Below the pieces are notes generated by a model. That model saw nothing but the letters and a program-made list of their open reading frames with translations, made no database searches and was not told where the DNA came from. A DNA stretch of 64,000 bases from Cercozoa sp. M6MM (Eukaryota; Protista; Endomyxa: Ascetosporea). The DNA is taken from assembly GCA_040357565.1 (NCBI GenBank), contig JBDODJ010000057.1, one strand, 5' to 3'. Shown one piece after another: positions 15,252 to 30,232 of this stretch. The first letter of the stretch is position 1. Each line of letters begins with the position of its first letter. A program made the position numbers and the translations under genes.

Positions 15252-16521
15252 NNNNNNNNNNNNNNNNNNNNNNNNNNNNNNNNNNNNNNNNNNNNNNNNN
15301 NNNNNNNNNNNNNNNNNNNNNNNNNNNNNNNNNNNNNNNNNNNNNNNNNNNGTAATACGGGGTTTTGAGGAATGATATCACAGGATAAAGTACATGTGCA
15401 TGGCAGGCAAATCGAACCGCCTGCCTCGGCCTTGCTTGTTCTATACGGAGGCAAGGGGAAGGTAAGGGGCGGAGGGAAGGGAGTAAAGTCTACCTTGTAC
15501 TCTTGCGTCGTGCGCAGACCGAAATCGTCGCAAGCGTACAGTTCGCGCAGTGGCACTTCTTCCTGAGTGACCACATGACCGCACAGACAATGACAACACA
15601 AAGTGACCACAGACAGTGATCACCAGGAAGTGATCACAGACAGTGACCGCACACGGAGTGACCACACAGCAAAGGGAGCGTTTCCTACCACCGCCGAGGC
15701 TCCAGCGGCCAGCAGCGATTCTGCAGAAATCGGCGCGAATTTTGACTTTCTCTGTTGAGTCGGGGGGGGGGGGGTAAAGGGGTAGAGGTAAGGGATGTGC
15801 AATGACGGGTAACAGGGGGGGGGGGGGGGTAAGACAGTCTACGTATAACAGAACGTTGCCGTAGTCCTGCGAAAGTCCGCCTGTGTCACCAGCGCCTTCG
15901 AACTCGCTTTCTGTCCACTCGTATATTCCTCGACCCTCTATATTTTACTCTGTCGACAGTCAGTACCAAGTGCAAGAAGTGCATCACGCTGCGCATCGTC
16001 GGAACACACGTCAGCTATCCGACGGGTCCAAGTGCCACTGTGATAGTATCACAAGAGGGTAATGAGGAGGAGGGCAGGGCGCTATTGAGGGGGCAAAGGG
16101 TTAAACAGGGAGAATCAGGTACTCTGGTAGACACAAGCGAGCACCAGGCATCAGCAACTCGGCCTGGTGAAACCCCTCGGCTTGCAATGGCGTACACCTG
16201 TCCATCTCCTGCAGCAGCACGACGTCGGCCTCGGCATCGCGAATGCGCTGCAGCAGACGCGGCCAGCGCGACTTCCAACTGAGTGCTGGCCAACCACAGT
16301 TGGCTCCTATGCAAACATCAAGGTGTGGAACGATACCCCGCCCATCTCTCCAGAAAAAGTACCATAAGCCTCGACAACGTCAAAGCGTGCTCGCCCGTTC
16401 GTCACGGCACAGTGGCCCTTCAAGTGCAACACTTTGTTTAGGGGTGCGCAGCTTGCATTTAGAATACCGGCGTTGCGTTGAAGCCGGAGAGAACATTGTA
16501 CGTGAGCACGCGACACTCCAT
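13628..16521 (-). CDS. Exonuclease-endonuclease-phosphatase (CCR4/Angel/PDE12-like)
   Basis: RVLTYNVL, LSWKSRWPRLL..ADVVLLQEMD, VIVAGDFNAAP, LDHIFVS, PSDHLPV. Confidence 0.85.
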
Positions 16522-16956
16522 GTCTCAATCCTGCCACACATTCTCACGATTTTGTTGATGATGTGGCAGCTTTTTATTTATGCCGATCCAGAATCGTGCC
16601 TTGCCACACACGCATAAGTTGCCAACTTACGATTCGAACACAGTCACGCCGCGAAAAAGCGCAACAAGTAACGATGCTACCGCGGTCATGGTGTTTGGCT
16701 ACAATTTTTTTTCTTGATGAGGGATGGGACAAGTAGGTTCCCGAAAGAGAAGTTGAGACGGCACAGTGACTCTCTTTCTGCAGGTACAGGCAGATTTTGT
16801 GTTAGTTAGCGGCCTAAAATCTCATTCGAGCCGCAGCACGAGTGAAAAAAGAAAACGAGTAATTTCCGTGTTTCTAGCTGCACAGTGGCCGTGCGTAAAC
16901 GTGGACTCGCCTACGAGCAGACAACGGATACACACCTACAGGCGCGCAGTCACGGG

Positions 16957-19060
16957 ATGAGTGAGTGGGGCGCCGAGGACGACTGGGGCGACAACACCGG
17001 CGACGACTGGAACAACGATTCCTGGGTCGATGACTCCAAGCAGATCGGTAGCTTCAGCCTCTTTTGCTGTCCCTTGTGTCTCTGTGTGCAGATGCTGTTA
17101 AAATTTAGATGCAGAAGACGAGGTGGACGAGCCAGAAAGTACTCTTGTACTATGAGGGTCGTAGGAGGAGGGAGTGCGACGCGTGATGGTTTATGTGATG
17201 GTTTATGTGATGGTTTATGTGTTGTAGCCCACCCGGAGCCAGCCGATGGCAGCATGAATCTGAAAGAAGTTTTGGAACTGCGCGAGCAGCTTGTGGCGCG
17301 CGTGGCGGAGCTCCTGGGACTGCCGGCCGACGCCGCCGTGCCGCTGCTGCGCTTCTTTCTGTTTCAGGAGTCGCGCGCGCTCGATGCCTACTTCAGCGAC
17401 CCAGCCAAGGTGCGACGCGACGTCGGTCTGCTGCCCGAAGGACAGGAGCACGAGCAAAAACAGAGCGACGCTCCAACACAGTGCCTCGTGTGCTATGACG
17501 AGGTCCCTCGCCAGGATGGCTACGTACCCTACCCTGTCTACCTCCACCTACCCCCACCCTACCTACCCTCTAGCTACCCCTGTCCCCTACCCGTTACCCC
17601 CTGTCCCCTATCCCCTACCCCCTGTCCCCTATCCCCTACCCCTACCCTGACAGGAGCTGCCGTGTCAGCACTTTGCGTGCGACTCGTGCTGGCGCGGTTT
17701 CTGTGAGTCGGCGCTGCGCGGCGGCCGTGAGGTGCTGCAGATGCGCTGCGTGGAGTACAAATGCCGCTACCCGGTGCCGGAGAGTCTGGTGCTGCGGTAC
17801 CTCCGCGCGGACACGAGGGAGCGCGAGCGGTACGACCACTTCCGCGCGCAGGAACTCGTGGACGGACTGCCGAACTTGCGCAACTGTCCGGCGCCGGGCT
17901 GCGAACTCGTGGTACGCTCGGCGGCAGCAGCACGCGGCACCGAGGTGCGCTGCCAGTGCGGACATTTCTTCTGCTTCACGTGCGGCGAGGAGGCGCACCG
18001 GCCGGCGAGCTGCGACGACACGCGCCAGTGGCTCGTCAAGTCGAGCTCCGAGGCCGAGAATACCACGTGGATCATCGCCAATACCAAGACCTGTCCCAAG
18101 TGCAAGGTGCAGATCGAGAAGAACCAGGGCTGTACCACCCCCCCCCCCCCAACCATCATAGTCTTATCCCAACCCCCTCCCCCTGGCAGGCAACCACATG
18201 ACGTGCCGCAACTGTCGACATGAGTTCTGCTGGCTGTGCAAGGGCGACTGGAAGGAACACGGCTCCGGCACAGGCGGCTACTACAAGTGCAATCGCTACC
18301 AGAGTGACAAGGCGGCCGGCAAACTCTCCAAGGAAGAAGAGGACGCCGATCGCGCGCGCTCGGAGCTGCAGCGCTATATCTTCTACTACAGGTAGCGCGC
18401 CTTCCTTACCCCCATCATCCCCCTTATCCTTCCTCCACTCGGTAGTCGATTCGACAACCACGCGCGATCGATGCGATTCGCCGAGAAGACGCTCAAGGAG
18501 ACCGAGAAGCGCATGAAGCGCCTGCAGGACATGAAGGGCTCTGGTGTGCTGTTATACCCCTTCCTGTCCGTTTACCCCTTACGTTGCCTTCCTCGTGTAG
18601 GAGCACTGGACGTGCAGTTCCTCATCAATGCTGTGGCCACCGTGATCGAGTGCAGACGCATGCTGCGTTGGACCTACACTGTTGGCTACTACATGGAGGC
18701 CGGACCTACCAAGGATCTGTATACCAGCTTTAGCCTCCCCCCCTCTTGTTTATTCTCTTTTCTCTGTGTTGCAGGTTCGAAACACTTCAGCAAAACCTCG
18801 AGTGCGTTTCTCCACTTTGACTCACCGCATGTCTCGATTTATCGTGTGGGTTGCAGGGAGTACACGGAACGGTTACACGGACTGGCCGAGAAGCCGCTGG
18901 AACAACTCGTTTCGGATCAGGTACTCTTAAACTGTGTTGATTGATTGGATGAACTGGACTCATTTGTGCCCCAACACAGATGAGGGCAAAGGTGATTGCA
19001 CTGACTGAGTCCATCAGCACTTTCAAGGGCAACATCCAGGCCTTTTTCGAAGACCAATGA
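16957..19060 (+). CDS. ARIH1: Ariadne-family RBR E3 ubiquitin ligase (9 introns)
   Basis: Acidic N-terminus, RING1, IBR (CPAPGC..CQCGHFFCFTCGEEAHRP), RING2 [31 protein letters not shown], Ariadne domain (RYIFYYSRFDNH, ECRRMLRWTY). Confidence 0.93.
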
Positions 19061-19226
19061 GCGAGTCCTGTCAAGTTCTAACCAGTTTAAGCCAAAGTCG
19101 GGCAGAGTCTTGGAATGTTGTACTGCACTGTCAAAACTAGCCAAAGCGAAACTAAAATAATGTTGAAAAATAGTGTCAGTCGAGTCGAAAAGTGGCACTG
19201 CACTGATCTTATTAGAGAACTGGAGG

Positions 19227-19988
19227 ATGCCAAAAGGCGCCAAAGTGGCAGTTATTGGAGCTGGAGCGGTACTGTAGCCGTTCTGACGAATACAACAATC
19301 TTCTTGTCTTGTGATGTTTCTTGTTTTTCGAAACAGGCCGGTGTGTGCGCCTTGCGGTGGCTCCAGCATTACGGACTCGCCGTGACATGCTTCGAACGCA
19401 GCAGCCACGTGGGTGGTGTCTGGGTGCAGGAGCAAGACACTGCATGCTATCCATCGTTGCGTACCAACCTGCCGTGTGACTTGATGGAGTTTGCTGCGCT
19501 TCCCTTCCGCGCGGAGGGTTCGCCTGGCGTCCGCGCGGACTCTCCTGTGTTCCGTGTGGATGACACGAACGATCAGTTGCCTGTTCGTGCAACTAACGAG
19601 AGCGCCGAGATCAAGCTGCGCGGCCCGCGTTTTCCGCCCGCGCGGACGGTGCAGCGTTACTTGAACGCATACGCGGCTCCTGTGCGCACCAGAATTCGCT
19701 TCGAACGCACCGTGGAGCGCGTGGAACTTTCACGCGAAACCGACAGGTTTGTTTTGGTGCACACATCCGCGCGGACGCAGAGGGACGCGGAGAAGGAAGA
19801 ATTCGACGCCATTGTTGTTGCCAGCGGACATTATCACACGCCGGCGTTTCCGGTATGCTTCTGTGTCGACGAAAATACGAGGAAGGAGGTCTGTGAGCAT
19901 CCATTTTGGTGCAGCTGGACCTGTCGGAATTCAGCGGCGCCGTGATGCACTCGCACGACTATTATGACACCAGTGTACCTGCAGTTTT

Positions 19989-20051
<63 letters not shown>

Positions 20052-21186
20052 TGTGTACGTGTGTGTGTGTACACAACACAGACAGGTGCATTAAAGGAGG
20101 CCGGCACGGTGTTGGTGGTCGGTGACGGTCCTTCCGGCTGCGACCTCGTGCGCGATCTGCTACTTGTATCGTTCCTCCCTATCCTGTGTATGGTCGATCC
20201 CTTCTTTCCTGTCCAGACCGACAAGACTGTGTACTGGAGTGCGCCGGGCCACTGTTGTGACGGTTTCAGTGGGACCGGGATGATCGACGGTGTGACACTA
20301 CTGCCGCGCCTGCAGAGTGTGCGTGACATTCCCGACTCGGTCGATACTGTTGTTCTGTGCACCGGCTACAAGTACCGTTCTAGTACTCATACAAATTAAA
20401 GGTGTTGAACAAAGGTACATATGTGTAGGTACTCGTTTCCTTTCCTGGACGGTCTGTGCGGTCAACCGGAGCGTCAGTGCACGTGTCAACTTTGTCGATC
20501 AGTACAGGTTGACCTACCTCTGCTGTTTTAACCACTAGGTTATTTGGTTTGATTTAGGTGCATGACGGTGTTGTGGGTCGACTGATGCAACACATGTGGC
20601 CGACGCACCCTGGTACACCCATTGTCTTCCTATTTTCCTCCTAAACACTTCTTGAGCAGCACTCTCAAACCGACTGTGCTTTGTGGGACTGCCGGCCAAG
20701 GTGGTGCCGTTCCCTCTGTGTGACTTTCAGAGCGAGTACGCTGCGCGCGTGATTGCTGGTCTGGCTCAGCCGCCTGCCGATGCACCCGTGTACGCTATCT
20801 GACGCTTAGAATCTTCGAGGCTCACTTGTTGTTACTTTGTCTCAATGCACAGGGCTACAGACCACGTGTTCACAAGCTCCCAGTTCTTCCACTATCTCGA
20901 CGAACTCAAGTGAGGACCTTGTTCTATCCTTATTGATGTCTCTTTTCACCCTTTTTTGTCAGGCAATGTGGTGCACTTACGCTCGAGTCCGTTCCCGAAA
21001 GCAAACGCCGACTCTACGAATCGGTAATTTGGTTCTCACACTTGGCTTTTCACCTAGTCATGTTGGATCATGTTGATTGACTTCCCTCGGAGCCCCGAAT
21101 TTTAACCTGATGTTGGTCATTTGTACTAGGTGCGAGCTCTGCGGAGGCAGCACTTTGTCGATCTTGTCACTAATACAGCATGTTAA
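19227..21186 (+). CDS. Flavin-containing monooxygenase
   Basis: VAVIGAGAAG, GGVW, YPSLRTNLP, VVASGHY, FMO motif FSGAVMHSHDY, VLVVGDGPSG, VVLCTGY. Confidence 0.9.
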
Positions 21187-21358
21187 ACTATTTCACTGCG
21201 CTGCTGCACCGCTGCCAGCCATATCGTAGTCGACTGAAAGCTGAGCAGGCGAGGGTATGCCCGGGTACTGTACTAACTGTGTATCGCGCCCAGTAGCTCA
21301 ATGGGGACAGTATCGTATTAAGTTACTTCGTAGTATACTACGTACAGCGTTAGGCACC

Positions 21359-23241
21359 TCAATTGCAAGCAACTGAATGAATCCGGGCGGGGGTAGCCTC
21401 CTTCAGTTCCAACCAAATGAAAGGAAAAGTTCACATAACGATTCGCGCCGGACTAGTGCTGGCATCGTCGCCGTCATTAACGTTGCCCTCAAACACGTGT
21501 TGCAGGAAGGCGCGTACACGCCTCCAATACTCGTCTCCGGCCACTGCAGCACAAGCGAACAGAAGGTCTCCAGCACTAACACACGGAGCAGTGAGATCTG
21601 TACTCGAGTACCAACTTCAATGTCGTTGTGTCCGGCACCTCGCACGTTCCAAAAGCCGTAGGCTAAAATTAAAGTGTACTTGCAGTGGTGTTTACCAACA
21701 GAAGTGAAAGCAAAACTCTATATGTACCAACGGCGGCATTATCAAAGACTTGCTGTCCATGTTCCAAAGAGATTTGTTGATCGTTCGATCCTACTCAACA
21801 ATGGAAGCATTTCAGAATATGTAGGAACATGCCCTGTCACATTGATACCATGTATGACAAAGACAGGTGATTTGACTGATCTCACTCGACTGTGATTCGG
21901 AAAGATATCCTACGTAGCTTACTTGTAAAGCAAGAGTCAATGCGATAAGAATGGAGGAGAGTGTACACAGCAGTAGTCACGTTTCACGTCACTCCGCAGC
22001 ACGCGCAGTCCAGAGGCAAGAGGCGAGTGCAAGATGCTGCTTTTTGTTTTTAAGTCTTAATATCGGTGTCGTTTCAAGAAAAGGAAATCTACACTCCTGC
22101 CACAGGTACTCGAGGTGCAATATGACACACCGCGCCTGTTCCCTGAGCGACCAAACTCAACAACTAAGTGTCTTCAAGCACACTGTATTACAAGGTGTGT
22201 ACTATGTACAGTTATATAAAAGGTAAGCAGAGTTAGAGTGTCTCGGTACAAACAAGCAATGTACCAGAGACTGTCCGTAGAGCACAATGTCTTCAACGCG
22301 GTGCCGCAGCGTTGTTGTGGCCACGCGCAGTGCGGCTTCGATGTCGCCGCGCACACATGACACTGAAGGCGACCCTTCCGAAACGCCATAACCTGCTCAG
22401 TTGACGCATATCTACAATAGGCTCACAGCACAGACAGGTAAGGCATGAGATACCAGAGTAGTCAAAGGCCAGCACAGAAACTCCGAGTCGATTGCGCATC
22501 TCCTACATGTAACAGACACACAGTATGTCCATACCGACACTGTATACTGTGTGTGTGTGTGCATTGCAAGGCGTACCTGAATACAAGAGATGCAGCTGCC
22601 AAGGTCGCACGCGTTGCCGTGTGCAAACAGGACGAGGTACTTCGACTCGCCGTGCGGATAGTACACCATGCCAATTCGGTTGCCCTGTTTGGTCACGGTG
22701 TAGAGACCGCGCACTTCGCTCAGCGCGTTTGTTCGCACACCGAGGTGCTGTAGCTGTACAAACATACACAGACTTACTGTATTCAAGTGCGCAGCGTGCA
22801 TGTGTGTGTACATCTTGGTGCGTGAGTGGTTTGGTATGCGTGCAGTACGCCAGCTCTTGCTTCTGACACGAACAGCGACGCGCTGGCGTATTGGCGTCCA
22901 CCGCCAGAATCACTTTGCACTAAGCAGCACGTGTAGAAACACACAAAGTGCACCGAGTACAACACACTCACCTCAGTCTCCGTCTCGGACAGCTGCCGTT
23001 TCTCCAGGAAAATGTAGCGAGGCACCGGGGGGCAAAACACCAAATCGCGTGCTACGCGGTCTCGACAGCCGCACTACGTTCAAACTATAATGTATGGCAC
23101 ACATATGGGACTCTGTGAGGCTATTGTACGGATGTCAGGAGACAGAAGCAGCACAGAAGCAGGCGCCACTAAATTTACCCGAATGCTTGGATCTTCATGA
23201 ATTGGATGTGCTGCACTTACTTGGCAGTTCTCCGACCCCAT
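21359..23241 (-). CDS. ABHD17-like alpha/beta hydrolase (depalmitoylase-type)
   Basis: MGS plus Cys cluster N-terminus, LVFCPP, LFAHGNACDLG, FDYSGYGVSEG, LYGQSLG, ILHSPLASGLRV, PVFVIHG.ND, GAGHNDIE; last exon approximate. Confidence 0.88.
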
Positions 23242-23406
23242 AGGGGACTATGGTCAAATGTAAAGGCAGTAAAGTCGTTGCTAATGCCAACAAACAAGGC
23301 TGAAGCAAAGAAAAAAGTGGCTCCTGGATACTAATGGCAATCATACTGCACAGTAAGATTACGCTTCTGCTGCAGTGTGTGCCACTAAGAACGACCGAAA
23401 ATACAA

Positions 23407-23649
23407 ATGTCTGGTCAACAAATCTGGGACGTTGATGAGGCACCCGCACAGGTAAATTCTGTTTGGGAGGGACAAGTGCAAGCCCCGATTGCGCTTTTTC
23501 CCTAGCGAACGCGCCGCCAAATCGCGCGTCAGGTGCTCGAAGGCGGTCACGGCGGTACTGCCCGGGATGCCACGGCTTTCCTTGACAGCAACAAGAGCGC
23601 TTTGATGCACAAGAAGTTTGACAACGACTTCGGTGATTTGCTTTCTTGA
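23407..23649 (+). CDS. COPS9: COP9 signalosome subunit 9 (CSNAP/MYEOV2)-like microprotein, 2 exons
   Basis: ATG 23407, donor after 23451, acceptor 23505 or 23532, stop 23647-49. C-terminus LDSNKSALMHKKFDNDFGDLLS resembles the COPS9 tail (recalled as ...AVHADFFNDFEDLF). Confidence 0.65.
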
Positions 23650-23817
23650 CGCGGGACAAGTGCAGCAGCCGACCTTCGCTCCAGTTGACTGAAAGAAATC
23701 GAACTCGTTCAACTGGAGTTTTCGCAGAAACGGAATTAATTCAATTCAACTGACTAAAAGCCTGGTTAATAGCATCCTGGTTAATAGCATCGCGTCAAAT
23801 CGAAAGGGGACGGGAGT

Positions 23818-25561
<1,744 letters not shown>

Positions 25562-25813
25562 ATTTATTAGTTCTGTTTGCACGTACTACGACACGAAATC
25601 AAGGGTGAAGTCCCTGTTTTGCGTGATCAAGATTGTAGCCACAGAATCAAAAGGTGGCTACTCGCTTTGCCGCGCGCTGAGCGTCACCCCCTGCGTGTTT
25701 CCCGAGGAGAAGGTTGACAACATCGGTACTCACAGTGTGCTTGGTCTAGTTTTTTGTGTGTTTTTCGTGTTTGTTCATAAAATCTTGGTTTTGTCGTAGC
25801 GGAACGCAACAAA

Positions 25814-27428
25814 ATGGCGGAACAGAAGACTTTTGACCCGATCCAAGACGTGTGGGCTGATGCTTTGGAGGTATTGCTCAAGTGCAAACCTCGAAAAAAT
25901 TTCCTGCATTCTGCGTGTTTTTTGTTTTTGACCTTTGTTTTTGGCTTTTGTTTTCATGGTGTTTTGTGCGTTCATGCAGGAGACTGCGGCCAGCGATGCG
26001 CTGCCACCGCGACGTGAGACTTTCGACTCGGCCACGTCGATTAAGACAGTGATTGAGTACTCGCGCGACAGCGAGGGTGTGCACTTTTGCACTGTGTTTG
26101 TTGTCAGCGATTTAGTTGCTGTGTCTTGTCGTAGGCAAGGTCGTCAAGACTGAGAGGAAATATCGAATCGAGCACGTGCAGAAGCGCACTTCCAAGGTAC
26201 TCCAGTTTGATTTCACCAGACTGCCTTGATGCGCACCCACGATGCACACTCACAGGCCGCGTTGGCTCGTCGCAACCTGTCCAAGTTCGGCGCGTGCCGC
26301 CACCTGTCTGGCCCCGACCCGTGCCTTGTCTTTGCTGAGTCTGTTGTGTTGGCACACACAAACTAACCTGTGTGTGTGTGTGTGGCAGGGCTGTGACCTT
26401 CCTGTCGGGCGAGAAAATTCTCTTCGAGAAGCCGGTAGCTTATATACACTATGTGTTGATATGCAGAGATTATTTCTGTATCTGTGTATGTCTTATGTGC
26501 AGAGCGACAAGAGCGACGAGGTCGACATGGCCTCTGCCATCGCTTCGGCCATCAAGCAGGTGCTTGTGTTTCCGACATATGGACACGGTGTTTATGGATA
26601 CACCTCGACCTATCTGCAGGGTGACATGGAGCGTAAGGCCGGTCTCGGCGCTGCCACGGCCGCCGCTGCTGCCACGGTACTTGAGTTCTTTGGAAAGGGT
26701 AAAGGGAGGGGGGGGNNNNNNNNNNNNNNNNNNNNNNNNNNNNNNNNNNNNNNNNNNNNNNNNNNNNNNNNNNNNNNNNNNNNNNNNNNNNNNNNNNNNN
26801 NNNNNNNNNNNNNNNCCCCCCCCTCCCCCCCCCCCCCCCCCCCCCCAGATGCCCAGGGCAACCTCCCGACACAGGAGCGACCGAAGGATTACCCGATGCT
26901 GCTGATGAACCTGGTACCAACATAGTGCTATTTTAAGAGAGTGCAGTGTCGCCGCAGTAACTTAACGCGTATTGACTTGCACACCCTGTAGCCACTGGAC
27001 TTCGAGAAGCGCGACGTGCTGGACCTCGTGGGTCGCTACATGCCGGGCCAGGTGCGTCTCCTCACGGACAGAAAGACCGGCAAGCCACGTGGCGAGGCGC
27101 TCGTCTACTTCCCGACTGTCGAGACGCGTGCCAAGGTTCTACCCCTCCCCCCACACACACACCCTTCCCCCCGTTACCCCAAGTGCGTGTGCAGGCCATC
27201 GCCGGCCTCAACGAGCAGCCGCTCGGACACTCGGTGCTCGAGGCGCACGTCTTCACGCACCGCAAGCGAACCGGCGGCTTCCGTAACTCCTTCTCTCACA
27301 GCAGACTGCTGTGTCCATGTATGTGCCCATGTGTATGAACAGGTGGCGGTCGCGGCGGCGGCCGTGGAGGTGGCCGTGGTGGCTACGGTGGCCGTGGTCG
27401 CGGTGGCGGTCTGGGTCGTCGCTACTAA
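25814..27428 (+). CDS. EIF3G: Eukaryotic translation initiation factor 3 subunit G, with RGG tail
   Basis: WAD..E, LPP..., IKTVIEYSRDSEGKVVKT, ARRNLSKFG N-domain; C-terminal RRM (DRKTGKPRGEALVYF); an N gap hides part of the middle. Confidence 0.75.
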
Positions 27429-27919
27429 GCATCCTCTGCATCACACCCGTGTCTGTTGCACAGTTACACCACAAGCTGTACTGGTTGATCCAGATGATCT
27501 TTCTTCACCCGAGCACGAGTAAAAATAGTCAGAAGGTGCGGTCACCGATCGTGATTGGGCTCCTTTTTTGCCTGCAACAATGCTGATCACGCCTCTCAGT
27601 GGGTGACCGCCGCACTCATGATGCATGTGCACGTCTCGCAGGACGGCGACTCGGAGTGCAAAGACAAGTGCGTTTCCGATCTCGTCATTTTTTGTTTTTT
27701 CCGTCCCCAGTTTCGTTGCTCCACGTGCGCACTTTTTACTTGCACTTGTACGTGTCTGTAGTGCTCACAGCGCGTCGGAGAGCACGCGAACGCAGCCACG
27801 CCAAACGACTCGGACTGTAGTTTAGCAGACATCCGTGCATGAGGGATGATCATTTTGGGGGTATGGACAGGCAGCCACGGTGGTCGGCGTTCGCTCGAGT
27901 AAACTGACAACCAGTTGGG

Positions 27920-29661
27920 ATGGCTGGGCGGGTTAAAGTTGAATGTGCAGGCACAGATGACTGGTCGAAACTGCGTAATCTGATGCAGCTGCGCGATTTG
28001 GGACTGCTGAGTGCACCAGAGTTTGAGCGTCGAAAACGACAGCTTGTGGATCGGCTCACGGGCAGTACGGATAACACGCGGCCTTCACAATTGCGTGTGT
28101 TACCGCTTGTTTTGTTTGGTCGGTTGTTTCACTTGTGATTGCGCTTGTGCAGACTGCAGGAGACCTGTCGTGTCGCTGAGTAGACGGCAATGTGTCACAG
28201 TTCCCAAGTAGGCTTGGTGTTTTCAAAGGGGCGCCGGTGTACGAACTGTACGGGGAAGGATGTTGTGCTTTGTGCAGCGGCAGTTGCAGTCGGCAGAGCA
28301 CGATTCAGAGCAGTCACACGTGCCATGTTCTCCTTGTTTTGACTGTGTCTGTGTCTGTGTCTGTGTCTGTGTCTGTGTCTGTGTCTGTGTGTCTGTGTGT
28401 CTGTGTCTGTGTGTGTCTGTGTGTGTGTGTGTATGTGTGTGTGTGTGTGTGTTAACTGGTGGCCTGATTGGTGGTGACTGTAGCACGCAGAAGAAGCAGT
28501 CGCAAGGCGATCCTTCGCGTGCCTTCCCGAGTATGGTACATGGTTTTACCCCTCGCCCTTTCCTTCTTACCCACTCGACCTACTCTTTACTCTTGACATC
28601 TATATCTGCCTAGGAATACGGCAGTGTGACTGTACGACCTGGTCCGCCTCCCGACTGGTCGCAGGTACCTAAGAACAGTGTACAGGGAGCAGACAGGGGG
28701 GGGGGGGTAAAGAGGTGGTATGTTCCTAGATTCCGAGAGAGAACGCCATTCGATTCGATTTCGATGCGCGCAGAGACGAATGGCGACAGACACAGGTTTG
28801 TCCTACCCCCTTTAACCCCTTGCCCTTTCTTACCCCCCTTCAGATACAAGTAAAGCTGGCGGCACACCCGTTCGCACGAGGGTCACTGCGATACGCGTAC
28901 CACCTGCTGGACACGTCCAACACGGACACGCGCATCACACGGGTATGTCTTTACCCCCCTACCCCCACCCCGATACTTTCTCTACCCAGATACCCCGGCA
29001 GGAAGACACAGTGCCAGTGCTACCGACGGCACTGGTGGCCAAGGTGAGTGTGGACCCGTGCGAACCCAGGGACACGTACTTCCAGGACGTTGCCATGCAG
29101 CGAGTGGCGCGACTGTTCGCCAAGCGGTACTCTTTACCCCCCCCTTCTTGCCCCCCCCCCCCAATTACTCCTCTGCTCCGACAGGTTCAACAGGTATAAA
29201 CCGCCGAAACGAGTTGCTTTTGTCGAAGCCTGGGTCGTTGAGGTATCCTTTGTCTAAAGTAGGGCTTAGTAGGGTTAATGGGGGGAGGGTAAACTCCTGT
29301 GTGACGCAGCTGACCGACCGACCGGGCAAACCGCTTTGTGCGGTGGAACCTTACATCACGGGCAAGGTAGCTCTGCTTACCCACTTTACCCTGACCCCTT
29401 CTTGATCCCGCTCCCCCTCCCCAGTACCGCAAACACAACAATAACTACGGCTTTGTCGATGAGGCCGAAAGGAGTACACCGCAGGTAGCTTTATCCTTAA
29501 TTTACACCCATCTTACCCCATCTAATCCCTACTCCCAGGCCTTCTCGCACTTCAGCTACGAGTCGAGTGGCCGCGCACTGCTGATCTGCGATGTGCAAGG
29601 CGTTTCCGACCTCTATGTACGGCCTTCTTGTCCTATGTGTATATTTGTGTGTGTATATATC

Positions 29662-29699
<38 letters not shown>

Positions 29700-30232
29700 A
29701 TACATATATGAATGTGCAGACTGATCCACAAATACACTCACGCGACGGCGAAGGCTTCGGCAAAGGCAACATGGGTACTTTACTTGCTTCCTCTTTGAGC
29801 CTCACTTGCTCCTCTAACCCCTTGTGTTCCTACCTAGGTCTACGCGGTTTCGAGCGCTTTGTGATGTCGCACAAGTGCAACGCGATCTGCGCGTATCTGC
29901 GGCTGCCGCCCATCAATCCGCGCAATGGTAGTTTTGCCCCCCCCCCCCTTAATCCCATTTACCCCCCTCCCCTGGCAGAGAGGGAACAGCTGCTGGGCAC
30001 TCTGCCGAACCGACGCTTCACGCACAAGGCCGTCGAAGTGCAGGCGCCAAGCGAGCTGCGCTACGACCCGCTGCCGAAACTGCTAACCACGACGACGCGC
30101 AACGACGAGTTGCCGCTGCTCGGTGAGAACAACAGCAGCAGCAGCAACGACAACAATCGCAACGACAATGAGGACCACGGTGTAACTGGCAGTAGGAGCA
30201 ACGGCAACATGTGCTGCTGTAGTGTCATGTGA
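27920..30232 (+). CDS. Alpha-kinase (EF2K/MHCK-like) with N-terminal SHOCT-like helix and C-terminal CaaX
   Basis: PFARGSLRYAY, VAK, YFQDVAMQ, VEPYITGKYRKHNNNYGFV, TPQAFSHFSY, LICDVQGV, YTDPQIHS, FGKGNMG, HKCNAIC; ends CCCSVM*. Confidence 0.92.
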
